This document shows positions 61,556 to 64,000 of a DNA stretch of 64,000 nucleotides, in pieces. Numbering within the stretch: position 1 is the first letter of the stretch; each line of letters begins with the position of its first letter. The translations under genes were made by a program, and so were the position numbers. Origin of the DNA: Neoechinorhynchus agilis (Eukaryota; Animalia; Acanthocephala). A model generated the notes under the pieces. That model had not been told where the DNA came from. It worked only from the letters and a program-made list of their open reading frames with translations, and ran no database searches. The stretch is taken from contig CM121341.1 in NCBI GenBank assembly GCA_051530055.1, positions 12,192,784 through 12,256,783 on the forward strand. The letters are read 5' to 3'.

Positions 61556-62505
61556 CTGCTGTTAGCGTGAAAGCGACAGCCGAGGAAGGGGAGAAGCTCC
61601 AATTTTGCGGACGGTGGTGATTGCACGTTTTGTACTTTAACAAACATTTTGATGTTAAAAAAGATTCAATGATGGTTTTTTCTAATCGCATTATTAGACC
61701 AACAAAATTCATATATTCAGTCACTGAGTTTAAATTTAAGAATAAACAATGATTCGCTTCTATATGAAGGCAGTAAACGATAAAACGAACGATTGGATCA
61801 CAAGCTCGCGCTCTCCTGGGTCCCGAGTCCAAATAAAAAATCACATGTACGTGTTGTGACGAATCCCTATGTTATTTTAGATTGAATTGAGAATGACCGA
61901 CTCAATCGGTCGAAATACATTCGTCTTTAACGATCTCCCTCATTCTTCGAAATGCGACCTAAACAATAACAGACACTTTTGAAACGGGGCAATGCTGCCA
62001 GCGTGATGGCGACGGTCGAGGAAGGACAAAAGCTGGAATTTGGTGGGAGGTGGTGAATGTAATATCGAAATTTGGTTACTTTTCTTGTCTGTTATTGTTT
62101 AGGTCGCATTTCGAAGAATGAGGGAGATCGTTAAAGACGAATGTATTTCGACCGATTGAGTCGGTCATTCTCAATTCAATCTAAAATAACATAGGGATTC
62201 GTCACAACACGTACATGTGATTTTTTATTTGGACTCGGGACCCAGGAGAGCGCGAGCTTGTGATCCAATCGTTCGTTTTATCGTTTACTGCCTTCATATA
62301 GAAGCGAATCATTGTTTATTCTTAAATTTAAACTCAGTGACTGAATATATGAATTTTGTTGGTCTAATAATGCGATTAGAAAAAACCATCATTGAATCTT
62401 TTTTAACATCAAAATGTTTGTTAAAGTACAAAACGTGCAATCACCACCGTCCGCAAAATTGGAGCTTCTCCCCTTCATCGGCTGTCGCTTTCACGCTAAC
62501 AGCAG
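61556..62505. repeat. 420-bp inverted repeat of the CRE family 1 3' end (61556-61975 / 62086-62505), 110-bp spacer
   Basis: The arms are near-perfect reverse complements; the spacer contains the CRE family 2 3' end (matches ~20964-21041). Confidence 0.93.
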
Positions 62506-62879
62506 TGCCTCGTTGTACTGCGAGCGAGATATTTTGTCGCAGGAATACACCTGCTCGTGCGTCGCCCGTCGTTTCTCTCAATTTCTTCGAGAGATCCTGG
62601 AGCAGGGTAAGTGCCGAGCTGCCAAGCGCTCCATACGTCTCTACTCCGAAGGGGACAAAATAGTGGGCCTTTGCTAATTCTCTATATTTCCGTACCTTCC
62701 TGCCTTCCGCTGCACTGGCTACACCTCCAGGGATTTCGAGTGAGTAGGGAATGTTGCTTGCTGCAAGGGTGGCCAAATCTCCCAGATGACACAGGCATTG
62801 AAGCTTGTCGCCACGCCTCATCTGAGAGCTGGACATTTAAAATACGCTCGATACAAGTCTTCACCTTGTCGTCGAGCTT
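62086..62879 (-). mobile_element. CRE family 1 3' fragment with a ~640-bp internal deletion; 62785-64000 duplicates 32775-33990
   Basis: Matches 3871-4555 then jumps to 5181-5290 at a short GTCCA-like homology. Confidence 0.85.
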
Positions 62880-64000
62880 AACCACGACGAACGACGCAAT
62901 CGAAGTTAACTTGATTGAGGAGCATACCGTGACGAATATGGAATTCACGGGAATATTAAATGCAACTTCACAACCAATGAAAGGATGCTCTTTCATGAAA
63001 TAGATACTAGGGATTTTGATCGATTTGTTATTAACAATATTCAGCTTATAAATAAAATTATAGGTCACGTAAAAATTTATCATTGTTCAGTAACTTTATT
63101 TCTCATCGGATTAAGTTTGAAGTTCAGAATTATTAGGAAGAATTTAAGGTGTTGATTAATTTGCTAAATTTCAAAAATGTAGGGCCCAACCTTTATAAAA
63201 ATCTAGTACAACCTTTCAAAAATGCTAACTGTTAGATCTTTGATTGTCGTCATTTATAATTTGGAAAGGTATAGAAGATTTTCCGTCGGCTATTACGCTT
63301 ATTTAAAGTCGCTTAAACCGTTTTGAGCAGCATGCGTAATAATTTGCACGGAATTCGAAACTTTCGTCTTAGTAACTTTTAATACTTCTTGCAATATGGT
63401 TGGCTCCCTGAATTAGCACGATCTAACCTTTATAAAACAGATTACCGTTTGGCATTGCTCGGGAAGCTTAATCGAGGATGATCACTATTCAAAAACTAAG
63501 ACATGATCAAAAGTTATGCAAATTAAAAACATACGAACTTTAGCTATACTTTGACCAATTCAAAAGTCGCCTCGTTATTATTATGCTCCGTAGGCATTAA
63601 GATCAACGGAAACTTCTTTGCGGTTTTCGATTTCATTTGATTAAATGTCAGAGACAAAATCAATTTATGACCTAGAAAGTTTACAAAAACTTTCCAAAAA
63701 TCTACATGCAGACTTTATTTTATTTTTAACACTCCCTGCCGGTCAAAATTTTAACGATCTTTTATCCGTCTTAAACTTTTCGCTCAATCCGATTCGAGTG
63801 CGGAATTAACACTTTAATAACCTAAAAAAGTTCGACGAAAAGGATCAAATATTGAGTGCAATGAAACTAAAAAACTGACTATAATTCGCGAATCAGAAGA
63901 CGACAATTCATCATCTCCTTAAATCGGATGTCACTGTCTTTTGTTCATCATTTTCGCAGTTAAGAAATATTTTAAAGAAATTGCACAAATTCTGTGTTGC

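Noticed and set aside
1-64000. Telomeric or subtelomeric retroelement array; rRNA or tRNA genes
   Set aside because: No tandem telomeric repeats or recognisable rRNA/tRNA genes were seen by eye; a dedicated scan was not possible.

Overview
Eukaryotic, AT-rich, retroelement-saturated window. The organism cannot be identified from the sequence; the one well-resolved host gene has GT-AG introns mostly 43-56 nt long, so the genome has compact introns. Positions 1-49 kb are a mosaic of near-identical 0.5-3.6 kb blocks joined in different orders. The blocks derive from a Ty3/Gypsy pol fragment, three CRE-like RLE non-LTR families, at least four APE-type LINE families (three with triple zinc-knuckle ORF1), a CR1/L2-type APE fragment and a Penelope-like RT. 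Intron-free, disabled host-gene fragments (SLC17-like, makorin-like, GAR1) sit among them. Positions 49.5-55.0 kb are a ~258-bp satellite (~21.5 copies) whose monomer is an imperfect palindrome. Positions 56.1-60.6 kb hold an ABCC4-like transporter gene with an intact 9-exon 5' half, an internal loss of most of NBD1 and TMD2, and an inverted duplication of NBD2. Positions 60.8-62.5 kb are a cluster of fold-back structures. The best candidates for something undescribed are a CRE-type ORF bracketed by ~70-bp inverted repeats, a hairpin conserved at nucleotide level just downstream of the ORF1 start in three divergent LINE families, an in-frame Penelope-RT/RLE-tail chimera, and a possible ABCC-derived half-transporter or hairpin-RNA locus. 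All family assignments come from motifs recognised by eye, with no database search. Some rearrangements could be assembly or amplification chimeras.
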